29,961 nt of DNA from Candidatus Ratteibacteria bacterium (GTDB lineage: Bacteria > Ratteibacteria > UBA8468 > B48-G9 > DTJG01): assembly GCA_049971295.1 (NCBI GenBank), contig JBMFLH010000015.1, positions 1-29,961 on the forward strand. Direction: 5' to 3'. Shown in pieces: positions 17,897-26,327 of this stretch. The position numbers and the translations under genes were made by a program. Numbering within the stretch: position 1 is the stretch's first letter; each line of letters opens with the position of its first letter. A model generated the notes under the pieces. That model did no database searches and was not told the DNA's origin. It saw nothing but the letters and a program-made list of their open reading frames with translations.

Positions 17897-18994
17897 ATGG
17901 AAAACGTTGCGATTGTAAAATGCCCTGATTATAAGAAGCAAACAATCCAAGGAGCAATAAAGAGGATTTTTGATCTACTTGAATGCAATTTTTCATCTGG
18001 CATTCTTTTGAAACCGAACATGCTTTCATCCCGCAGTCCTGACCAGGCAGTTACCACCCATCCTGTGATTCTTGAGGTTCTGTCTGAAATGCTTCCACAT
18101 CCTGTGTACATAGGTGACAGTCCTCCGAACACCCAGAAAGCAATTGAATTATACTGGGAAAAATGTGAATTTGCTTCTGTTGCCTTAAAAACAGGCGCAA
18201 AACTTGTGAAACTGGAAGGTAAAAGCACCATTTTCCAATTGAATATCGCTGGGAAAACCGTTTCCTTTCCTGTTTCTGATTTTGGACTGAATCATTCAAT
18301 TTTCAATCTTCCAAAATTCAAAACCCACAATATTACGATTCTTACGCTTTGCATGAAGAATCTCTATGGACTCATTCCCGGCTATCCCAAGGGGCTTCTT
18401 CATACTGAGTTTCCGCAACCAGAAAATTTTAACAGGTTTATTGTTGAATTTTACAGGATGATATCAGAAAAAGTGGTTTTTAATCTTGTGGATGCTGTTG
18501 AAATTATGGATGGAAATGGTCCAGCGTCAGGAAAAAAAAGGTATTATGGTTATCTCATTGCAGGGAAAAACGCTGCCTGCGTGGATTTTGTCTGCGCAAC
18601 GCTGGCAGGTTTGAAAATGCATGAAATTCCATTTTTGCGTATTTATGAATCAATGTATGGAATACCAGGTACTAAAATTGTGGGCGATAAACCGGAAATT
18701 ATTGACAATTTTCAATTGCCATCCTCCTCAGCGCTTTTTAGAATTCAGCGGATTCCAGCACTGTCAAAAATTGTAAACACAATGGCAAACCAGCTTAATG
18801 TTATACCAGTTATCAATCACAAAGGATGCGTCAGGTGCATGGAATGTTATCATGTTTGTCCTGCAAACGCCATATCAAAGGACTTGAAAATTAATAGAAA
18901 AAAGTGTATAAATTGTTTGTGCTGTTTTGAGGTCTGTCAGCATAAAGCGATAAAAGTTAAAAAAAGTTTTCTTGCGCGGATTATCTTACCATAG
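17897..18994 (+). CDS. DUF362 domain protein with a C-terminal 2x[4Fe-4S] ferredoxin domain
   Basis: LKPNML, TTHP, NLPKFKTH, MKNLYG and MDGNGP. C-terminal CVRCMECYHVCP and CINCLCCFEVC. Confidence 0.88.
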   Translation: MENVAIVKCPDYKKQTIQGAIKRIFDLLECNFSSGILLKPNMLSSRSPDQAVTTHPVILEVLSEMLPHPVYIGDSPPNTQKAIELYWEKCEFASVALKTGAKLVKLEGKSTIFQLNIAGKTVSFPVSDFGLNHSIFNLPKFKTHNITILTLCMKNLYGLIPGYPKGLLHTEFPQPENFNRFIVEFYRMISEKVVFNLVDAVEIMDGNGPASGKKRYYGYLIAGKNAACVDFVCATLAGLKMHEIPFLRIYESMYGIPGTKIVGDKPEIIDNFQLPSSSALFRIQRIPALSKIVNTMANQLNVIPVINHKGCVRCMECYHVCPANAISKDLKINRKKCINCLCCFEVCQHKAIKVKKSFLARIILP

Positions 18995-19000
18995 CCGAAA

Positions 19001-20545
19001 ATGAAAAGAAGAGAGCAGTGGGGTTCAAGAATTGGCTTGATTCTTGCTGTTGCTGGAAGTGCCATTGGACTGGGGAATTTTTTACGTTTTCCAGTTCAGG
19101 CAGCAAAAAATGGTGGTGGCGCATTTATTATTCCATATCTTGTTTCTTTTCTTCTTCTTGGAATTCCTTTGATGTGGATTGAATGGACGCTGGGAAGATT
19201 TGGAGGGGGGTTTGGTCATGGCACTGCTCCAGGTATGTTTCACAATATCGCAAACAAAAACAGATTCATCAAGTATTTTGGCGTGATAGGAATTTTTGGA
19301 CCCATTGCCATTTTCACCTATTATACGTATATTGAATCCTGGCTTCTTGGTTACAGTTTTTTTGCTATCACAGGCAAACTTTCTTTGTGCCAGGACCAAT
19401 CGTCAATGATCGCATTTTTGAAAGGTTATCAGGGGCTTGAACAAAATCAATTCTTCTCTTCACTTGTTCCGGCTTACATCTTTTTTCTCATTACATTTGC
19501 AATCAATATTGCCATAGTGGCAGGTGGAATCCAGAAAGGAATTGAAAGGGTTTGTAAATACGGCTTACCTGTTCTTTTTATTCTTGGATTGATTTTGATG
19601 ATACGCATTCTGACACTTTCACCCATGTATCCAGAGCATCCTGACTGGACCCCTGGGATGGGGCTTGGATTTCTGTGGAATCCTGATTTTTCAAAACTTT
19701 TTGATGCAAAGGTATGGCTGGCAGCAGCAGGTCAGATTTTCTTTACATTGAGTGTTGGAATTGGCGTGATTCTTACCTATGCCAGTTATCTCAGTAAAAA
19801 CGATGATGTGGTACTTTCGGGTTTGACTGCAGCAGCGACCAATGAATGGGCAGAAATTGTACTTGGTGGCAGCATTGCCATTACTTCTGCTTTTTTATTT
19901 TTCGGACCAGATGGAATTAAAACTGTTGCTGAAAGCGGCGCATTCAATTTAGGTTTCGTTGCGATGCCGCTTGCATTGAACCATATTCCTTTTGGCTCTA
20001 TTTTTGGTTTTTTCTGGTTTGTGCTTCTATTTATCGCAGGCGTGACTTCTTCAATATCCCTTGCCCAGCCAGCAATAGCATTTCTTGAAGATGAATTTAA
20101 CATTGATAAGAAAAAGGCGGTGAAAATATTTACCATCATTACTTTTATTCTCTGCAATATGTGCGTGTTTCTTCTTGGCAAAGGATTCCTTGATGAGTTT
20201 GATTTCTGGGGTGGTACTTTTGCGCTGGTTCTTTTTGGAACCATTGAAGCACTATTGTTTTCATGGGTCTTTGGAATTGATAGGGCATGGGACGAAATGC
20301 ACGCTGGAAGCGACATTACACTGCCACGATTTTACAGATTCGTTATCAAATATATTACGCCAGTCTTTCTTCTTGTTATATTGATTTCCTGGTTTATCAG
20401 GGAAGCAAAAGATGTGATTTTGATGAAAAGTGTTCCTTCTGAACTATTGCCCTGGATTATTTTCGCAAGGGTTGTCCTTTTTGCATTGCTGGCGACAATT
20501 GCTTATCTTGTGTATGTTGCTTGGAAAAGAAAGGAGAAAATATGA
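19001..20545 (+). CDS. Sodium-dependent amino-acid transporter, NSS/SNF family, LeuT-like
   Basis: REQWGSR.GLILA.AGSAIGLGNFLRFPVQAA.NGGGAF.IPY, AAGQIFFTLS.G.G, NE.AE..LGGSI and AGVTSSI, with about 12 hydrophobic segments. Confidence 0.95.
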   Translation: MKRREQWGSRIGLILAVAGSAIGLGNFLRFPVQAAKNGGGAFIIPYLVSFLLLGIPLMWIEWTLGRFGGGFGHGTAPGMFHNIANKNRFIKYFGVIGIFGPIAIFTYYTYIESWLLGYSFFAITGKLSLCQDQSSMIAFLKGYQGLEQNQFFSSLVPAYIFFLITFAINIAIVAGGIQKGIERVCKYGLPVLFILGLILMIRILTLSPMYPEHPDWTPGMGLGFLWNPDFSKLFDAKVWLAAAGQIFFTLSVGIGVILTYASYLSKNDDVVLSGLTAAATNEWAEIVLGGSIAITSAFLFFGPDGIKTVAESGAFNLGFVAMPLALNHIPFGSIFGFFWFVLLFIAGVTSSISLAQPAIAFLEDEFNIDKKKAVKIFTIITFILCNMCVFLLGKGFLDEFDFWGGTFALVLFGTIEALLFSWVFGIDRAWDEMHAGSDITLPRFYRFVIKYITPVFLLVILISWFIREAKDVILMKSVPSELLPWIIFARVVLFALLATIAYLVYVAWKRKEKI

Positions 20546-20637
20546 CAGTTTCTGGCTGGATTTTGATGATATGCACCTGGACTTTTGTAACAATACTTCT
20601 TGTCTTCTGTTTGTGGAAAACATTGAAAAAGCAATAA
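20542..20637 (+). CDS. Small single-TM protein (31 aa), probable MetS-like NSS transporter small subunit
   Basis: MTVSGWILMICTWTFVTILLVFCLWKTLKKQ*. The start overlaps the NSS stop as ATGA, with an AAGGAG RBS at 20531-20536. One hydrophobic helix and a basic tail. It is absent from the ORF track, whose shortest entries are 60 aa. Confidence 0.8.
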   Translation: MTVSGWILMICTWTFVTILLVFCLWKTLKKQ

Positions 20638-20640
20638 CAA

Positions 20641-22569
20641 CTACCCGGATATTTCTGATAATACTTTTTGAATTGCTATACTGGTATTCTCAACCATAAT
20701 ATATTTTTCCCTGATGCCCAATCTATCATAAACTCTGATCCCCCAGTGCATTTGCGAAATCCATCGATCCATTTTCGCATTACACACAGCAAAAACTCTT
20801 GGAGCCATTAAACCCGATGCTTCAGTGATATCAATTTCTTTCAGTATGCCAGGAATATAACATCCTGCGGCATGGGTATCAGGAGCATTATTCAGAATCA
20901 CTGCTGAAATACTTTCATCAAAAATTGAATAATAGAGGCAGGTACCGACTGTTTCGCCAGTTCCAAATAGTACCAATTTCGTTTTTGCAAATTCGTCAGT
21001 ATTTTTGAAAAATTCAACCACATATTTCAGGTCATTCATCCACATCAATACAGGAGTAATACCTGTCATTACGCCTGCCCTGTAAAGACAGTAATTTCCC
21101 TGTTCAATATCAGCAGCATTCCTTCCACAGGCCCTTGGCTCAAAAAGAACCAGATTAAATCTTTCTGTGATAAGACCTGTTTTGGTGAGAATTGTTTGAG
21201 TATTATGCTGGTAATCTCCAAGCACAATAATGGTAATTTTTGCAGGGTTTTTGTCGGCAAATACCTCAATATAAGATTGCATCCCAGCAGATTCTGCCAT
21301 ATATCTTGAAAAGATGTTGTTTTCATTAATCCACTGACCAATTTTTTTTATTTCCATTTTTTCATTACTTCTATCAAGCCAGTGAAAGACATTTTTTTTA
21401 AGATTTTCAACCATCTGTTTGCGAATACTGTTCCATTGATTTTTATCCTTTGGAAGCGGATAGGACTTTTTTATGCTCAATAGTTCAGGAAGAATGTGTA
21501 ATCTATCGGGTTCAGGGGGTTTCCCATTGAACACAGATATTTCTGGTTCAGAAATCGTTTCACTATCAAGTCCGATTTCAGTATGTTTTTCCTGTGCGAC
21601 ATACTTATCAAACCATTCATTAATTTTTTTTACAGAAGCATCTGAGTATGCGTGTGGACCCGGATATTCAAAAAGTTCGCATTTTTCTTCGCATCCGTAA
21701 AGACGGTATATCTTTTTGACCTTTTGATAAAGTGTATGATACTCCTCTTTGAAGAAAAGATTATCTTCAGATGCAAAACAATAAAGTAAGGGGCGTGGTG
21801 CAATTAATGCAGAGAACTCACAGATATCCCTCTGGAAATTGCCATTGGCATACATACAATCGCAGTGCTGAAACATTGTTCTAAATCCAATTGCGAATTT
21901 CAGTAAACTGATTCCGCATGATGTTGCCACTGCTTTAATTCTTTCATCAGCAATCGCGAGGAAATGGCTATGAGCACCACCTCCTGAAATTCCTGTCGCC
22001 CCAATACGATTTTTATCAACTTCTGGCATTTCACAAAGAACATCAAGGGCACGGATTGAATTAAGCAATTCTCCCCCTGCTGCTGTATAACCGAGAGAAA
22101 TCCAGTCAAGACGTCTGCCTGTGTATAAACCATGATGAAAACCAGGGTTTTCACTCTGTTTGATTGTTTCAAAAATAAAGCAGGCATATCCCCTTTTTGC
22201 CCACATGATGGCGTGCTTCTGATACCAGTGTGCGCCCAATCCTGAATGCCCGCAGCAATAAAGTACTGCAGGAAGTTTTTTAAAAGGCATTGGGTCAGGA
22301 AGAAAAAGGACTCCACTGCTATAACAATCAGGAAGGATTTGATACGAAATTTTTTTCGCTATAAAGCCATCTTTCTGCAATTGTCCAATAATTTTGATTG
22401 AAAGGTCACATTGTTCTGGTAGCCGGTCAAGTCCCATAGAAACAAAAAATTCTTTTTTTCTTTGCTCTATTTCGTTTTCCCATTGTTTGAGCGTTTTGAT
22501 ATGTTCGAGGGCGTTATCAGTGATTTCTGATGCCTTATCCGCATAATACTGCCATAGAGTTTTGTTCAT
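20641..22569 (-). CDS. Alpha/beta-hydrolase (acetylxylan esterase / dienelactone hydrolase-related) with a degenerate second hydrolase domain
   Basis: PAVLYCCGH, RALD.L...PEVD.NRIGATGISGGG nucleophile elbow, LIAPRPLL, candidate Asp (SEDNLF) and His (PGPHAY). The C-terminal repeat has GTGETVG and APR. AGGAGA RBS. Confidence 0.8.
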   Translation of the reverse strand: MNKTLWQYYADKASEITDNALEHIKTLKQWENEIEQRKKEFFVSMGLDRLPEQCDLSIKIIGQLQKDGFIAKKISYQILPDCYSSGVLFLPDPMPFKKLPAVLYCCGHSGLGAHWYQKHAIMWAKRGYACFIFETIKQSENPGFHHGLYTGRRLDWISLGYTAAGGELLNSIRALDVLCEMPEVDKNRIGATGISGGGAHSHFLAIADERIKAVATSCGISLLKFAIGFRTMFQHCDCMYANGNFQRDICEFSALIAPRPLLYCFASEDNLFFKEEYHTLYQKVKKIYRLYGCEEKCELFEYPGPHAYSDASVKKINEWFDKYVAQEKHTEIGLDSETISEPEISVFNGKPPEPDRLHILPELLSIKKSYPLPKDKNQWNSIRKQMVENLKKNVFHWLDRSNEKMEIKKIGQWINENNIFSRYMAESAGMQSYIEVFADKNPAKITIIVLGDYQHNTQTILTKTGLITERFNLVLFEPRACGRNAADIEQGNYCLYRAGVMTGITPVLMWMNDLKYVVEFFKNTDEFAKTKLVLFGTGETVGTCLYYSIFDESISAVILNNAPDTHAAGCYIPGILKEIDITEASGLMAPRVFAVCNAKMDRWISQMHWGIRVYDRLGIREKYIMVENTSIAIQKVLSEISG

Positions 22570-22604
22570 GTTTGTCTCCTGTGTAAATTCTGAAATTTTC
22601 TTTG

Positions 22605-22633
22605 ATTTTATTACTTTGCACCAGATGTGTCAA
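22605..22633 (-). promoter_or_regulatory. Sigma70-type promoter for the hydrolase gene
   Basis: Minus-strand TTGACA (22633-22628), 17-bp spacer, TAAAAT (22610-22605). Confidence 0.7.
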
Positions 22634-22758
22634 TCGTTGTGGTAAAATTAACGAAAGCAATTGTATACCTGAAAGGAAACCTGGAAAGTGTTAAAAATTT
22701 TTTATTTTGTACTTTTTGGTTTATTCTATCAGCAAAGCTACTATACGAAAAAGATACC

Positions 22759-23823
22759 ATGACAATGAAAGAAAGAATGCTGGCAGTCATAAGGGGCGAG
22801 AAAATTGACGGGGTCCCATTTGTTCAATATTACAATATGGTCAATCCCAATGAAGATGCCTGGAACATTATTGGAAGAGACAATCTCGGGCTATTAAAAT
22901 GGACTCAGGTTCACCAGTTCATCACGCCTGACTGTGTTGGAGAGAAAATAAGACTCGAAAGAGGCGGATTCAGGGGAGTAAGGCATATGATTCATACGCC
23001 TGTTGGTTCAATTTTTGAAGAAGTCCTTTATGAAAAAATCATCGGCGGCGGATCCATAAAAAAACACTTTATCAAAGAGAAAAAAGATTACGAAGTTTTT
23101 CTATTTTATCTAAAAAACATCATCGTCAAAGAAAATCTTGATTCTTTCACCAATGATTTGAAACTTCTTGGCGATGACGGACTGCCCCATACTTCTCTTG
23201 GCAGGACCTCGTACCAGCAACTATGGATAGAGTGGGTACTGATAGATGATTTGTGCCAGCACCTTGTTGATTTTCCTGATTTAATGGAAGAAGTAGTACA
23301 AACGATGAATGACATTCATAGAAGAATTTTTCTCATTGTGAGAAATGTGGCGAAAAGATACAAAATTCCTTATGTGATTTTTGGTGACAATATCACTTAT
23401 CCAATGATAGGAGAAAAATACTTCAGAAAATACTGCGTGCCTGTGTACAATGAATGCGCTGAAATATTACAAGACACAGGCACTTTGATTGGCGTTCACA
23501 TGGATGGGGATTTGAAAGCTCTGTGGGATGCAATCGGTCAATCAGAAGTAAGAGTCATTGATTCACTTTCTGTACCACCTGACAATGACACTGATGTCAA
23601 AACAGCAATCTCTATCTGGCCTGAAACACGGCTTTTCATTAACTTTCCTTCTTCAGTTCATCTCAAATCGTCAGATGAAATTTACCAGAAGGCAATGGAA
23701 ATACTGCAACAGGGAGGTAAAACTGGAAGAATCTGGATACAGATATCAGAAAACATGCCACCTGGCGCATGGAAGAAAAGTTATCCTGCAATAGTAAGGG
23801 CCATCAGTGATTTCAAAATTTAG
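22759..23823 (+). CDS. Uroporphyrinogen decarboxylase-fold protein (URO-D/MtaA/CmuA superfamily), function unknown
   Basis: N-terminal MTMKERMLAVIRGEKIDGVP, TPVG, GDNI..P.I....F.KY..P.Y and HMDG. Start moved to the ATG at 22759 on the family-typical N-terminus. Confidence 0.75.
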   Translation: MTMKERMLAVIRGEKIDGVPFVQYYNMVNPNEDAWNIIGRDNLGLLKWTQVHQFITPDCVGEKIRLERGGFRGVRHMIHTPVGSIFEEVLYEKIIGGGSIKKHFIKEKKDYEVFLFYLKNIIVKENLDSFTNDLKLLGDDGLPHTSLGRTSYQQLWIEWVLIDDLCQHLVDFPDLMEEVVQTMNDIHRRIFLIVRNVAKRYKIPYVIFGDNITYPMIGEKYFRKYCVPVYNECAEILQDTGTLIGVHMDGDLKALWDAIGQSEVRVIDSLSVPPDNDTDVKTAISIWPETRLFINFPSSVHLKSSDEIYQKAMEILQQGGKTGRIWIQISENMPPGAWKKSYPAIVRAISDFKI

Positions 23824-23842
23824 GGAACCCTTTTGGGTTCTT
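23823..23842 (+). terminator. Stem-loop directly after the URO-D-like gene (possible weak terminator or processing site)
   Basis: GAACCC-TTTT-GGGTTC (23825-23840), extendable by G-U pairs. Lacks a long U-tract. Confidence 0.35.
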
Positions 23843-23886
23843 GCCTGTCTAAAGGTGAAAACAAACTTTCAACATTGGAGGCAGAT

Positions 23887-25008
23887 ATGAAAAAATTTCT
23901 CATCCTCGTAGCAGTTGTAATACTGATGTTGACAAATCTTTCAATTGCCAGGACAAAACTTGTTGCCCTTCCAGAAAGGGCAGAAACAGTGATACGGCTT
24001 GATAATCCTTTTTATACACTTGTTGAAGAAGAAAGAGTGTTAACGCTTCAAAAGGGAACAAACCAGGTTGACTTTTCCTGGACAGGCGTCAGTATTGATC
24101 CTGACTCCATCAGGATAAAAATTCTTTCCCATCCTGACGAAGTAAACCTCATCAGCGTCAGTTATCCACCCGGTGAAAACGCATGCATCTGGCAGATTTA
24201 CAGTCCATCGCCATACGAAGAAAAAATAAGAATCAGTTATCTTCTCAAAAACATCGACAGGATTATCACATACAAGGCAATCGCGAATAAAGACGAAACA
24301 AAAGTCAATCTTCAGTCATTTCTTGTACTACGAAATTTTTCTGGCGAGGACTTTCAACTTGCAAAAATTTTGCTTGATTATGGTGAAACTTATGAAAAAT
24401 CAGTATCACACGAAGAAACAAGGCAAATGTTATTGTTAACAAAATCTGCTGTTCCCATTGAGAAAAAGTTCACATTTGACGCAAGAAAACTCCCATGGGA
24501 CCCTGAAAAAGTCATGGGGAATGTTGGAATTCCAGTTACCTACGAGATAAAAAACGAGAAAAGGTCAGAGCTTGGAGAATTTGCATTGTGGAGTGGCAAA
24601 GCAAGAATTTTTCAGGATGATGGAAGGGGCGCGACGATTTTTCTTGGCGAAGATAATCTCGATTTTACCCCGGTTGGTGAAAAATGCTCCTTATATGTCG
24701 GCGATAGCAGAGATATTGTAGTTACCCAGAGAAAGATTAAGGACACAAAAATCAATGTAAGAAAAAATGACTCAAATGTCGTGATTCTGTATGATACAGA
24801 TGAAATTATCAAAGTGGAAATTGAAAATTTCAAGGATATGCCTTTAATACTCACGCTCGTAGAAGAAATCCCTGGTGAATGGGACATGGAGGAAACAAGC
24901 CATACCTATGAGAAAGAAGATGCAAATACCCTGAAATTTAACATTACTCTTGCTCCAAAGGCAAAAGAAACAGTTACATTCCACTATCACAGGAGGAACG
25001 TCAGATGA
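23887..25008 (+). CDS. DUF4139 domain-containing secreted protein (short paralog)
   Basis: Signal peptide MKKFLILVAVVILMLTNLSIA, TLVEEER.LTL.KG.N...FSW....IDP, N.SGEDF and FLGED....TP.GE. GGAGG RBS; start moved to 23887. Confidence 0.75.
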   Translation: MKKFLILVAVVILMLTNLSIARTKLVALPERAETVIRLDNPFYTLVEEERVLTLQKGTNQVDFSWTGVSIDPDSIRIKILSHPDEVNLISVSYPPGENACIWQIYSPSPYEEKIRISYLLKNIDRIITYKAIANKDETKVNLQSFLVLRNFSGEDFQLAKILLDYGETYEKSVSHEETRQMLLLTKSAVPIEKKFTFDARKLPWDPEKVMGNVGIPVTYEIKNEKRSELGEFALWSGKARIFQDDGRGATIFLGEDNLDFTPVGEKCSLYVGDSRDIVVTQRKIKDTKINVRKNDSNVVILYDTDEIIKVEIENFKDMPLILTLVEEIPGEWDMEETSHTYEKEDANTLKFNITLAPKAKETVTFHYHRRNVR

Positions 25009-26327
25009 AAAACATTATTATTTTTTCTCTGGTATTTCTGTTCAGCGCAACGCTGTACTGCAAAATCGACATTGTCACGCTTCCCGAAAGAGACAGGGTT
25101 CAACTGACGATTTACAATTCCGCTGATTTAACGTTGGTAAGAGAAACGAGAACCCTTACAATGAAAAAAGGAGGAAATAAACTGCAGTTTTCATGGGCAA
25201 ACACTCTCATTGACCCAACATCCCTTGAACTTTTTCCGCTCAAGGACGCAGACAAAATTGCTGTGACAGATCTTTATTTTCCGCCAAGAATCACAGGGCT
25301 TGGCATATGGAATATTGTTTCGCAGATTTCAGGAAAATCTCCCTGCGAAATCAATTACTTTACATCAGGAATTTCATGGCAGGCATATTATCTTGCCACT
25401 CTATCCCAGGATGAAAAAACAATGAAACTTGAAGGTTATGTGAAGGTCACAAATCGCAGTGGCGAAGATTATGAAAATGCGCAGGTGCGTCTTGTTGTTG
25501 GAAAAATTCATCTTCTTGATGAAATCGCAGCCCTTGCAAGGAGATACCCACCTTACGGAAGACCATTTGAACCAAAACCTTTGCTACCAACAGAAATAAC
25601 ACGCACGGAGGTTTTTGAAGCAAAAGCATTACTTAATGTGGTAGAAGATAGAGCCATCGTGAAACAGATTGAAAAAGAGGGGATCTCAGAATACTTTATT
25701 TACACAATTGAAGGAACTGAAACAATTTCTGATGGATGGACAAAACGACTTCTGTCTTTTTCTCAAGACAAAATTCCTGTGATGAATTTTTATAAATACG
25801 ATGAATCAAAATTTGGAAAAAATGTCTTCAGATTCATTTCGTTTAAGAATTCAAAGTCGCATCTTCTTGGAAAAGAACCATTGCCAGACGGACTGATTAA
25901 GGTGTTTAAGATTGTAGATAAGGACCAACGACTTTCATATATTGGTCAAGACAGCACAAAGTACATACCAATTGATCAGGTCGTTGAATTAAATCTTGGA
26001 GCAGTCAGTGATGTAAAGGTTGAACCAAAATTAATGGAAGTGAAAACATTCAATTACCAGTTTAATGCACCTGGAAGAAATATTTCTGGCTGGGATGAGG
26101 CGCAAACCTGGAAAATTAAGGTCTCAAACTATAGAAACATTCCAGCAAAAATTGAAATCACAAGAAAATTGCCCCATCAATACTGGACAATTGAAAATAG
26201 TGGAGATTATGGTGACTACAAACAACTTGACAAAGACACCATCAGATATGCCGTGGAATTACCATCCAACACCACAAGGTCATTTAATTACAAAGTCGTT
26301 TTACGCTGGGGCGACCGCCAGTATTGA
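25005..26327 (+). CDS. DUF4139 domain-containing secreted protein (long paralog)
   Basis: LTIYNSADLTLVRETR, YFTSGISWQAYY, VTNRSGEDYENAQVRLVVG, EYFIYTI, LGKEPLPDG and YIGQD. ATGA overlap with the upstream paralog. Confidence 0.85.
   Translation: MKNIIIFSLVFLFSATLYCKIDIVTLPERDRVQLTIYNSADLTLVRETRTLTMKKGGNKLQFSWANTLIDPTSLELFPLKDADKIAVTDLYFPPRITGLGIWNIVSQISGKSPCEINYFTSGISWQAYYLATLSQDEKTMKLEGYVKVTNRSGEDYENAQVRLVVGKIHLLDEIAALARRYPPYGRPFEPKPLLPTEITRTEVFEAKALLNVVEDRAIVKQIEKEGISEYFIYTIEGTETISDGWTKRLLSFSQDKIPVMNFYKYDESKFGKNVFRFISFKNSKSHLLGKEPLPDGLIKVFKIVDKDQRLSYIGQDSTKYIPIDQVVELNLGAVSDVKVEPKLMEVKTFNYQFNAPGRNISGWDEAQTWKIKVSNYRNIPAKIEITRKLPHQYWTIENSGDYGDYKQLDKDTIRYAVELPSNTTRSFNYKVVLRWGDRQY

Noticed and set aside
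19786..20316. 176-aa antisense ORF inside the NSS gene, and the other short nested ORFs in the track
   Set aside because: These are shadow ORFs of well-supported genes, with no RBS or family motifs.
22627..22758. N-terminal extension of the URO-D-fold ORF
   Set aside because: It runs through AT-rich promoter-like DNA. The family-typical N-terminus begins at 22759.
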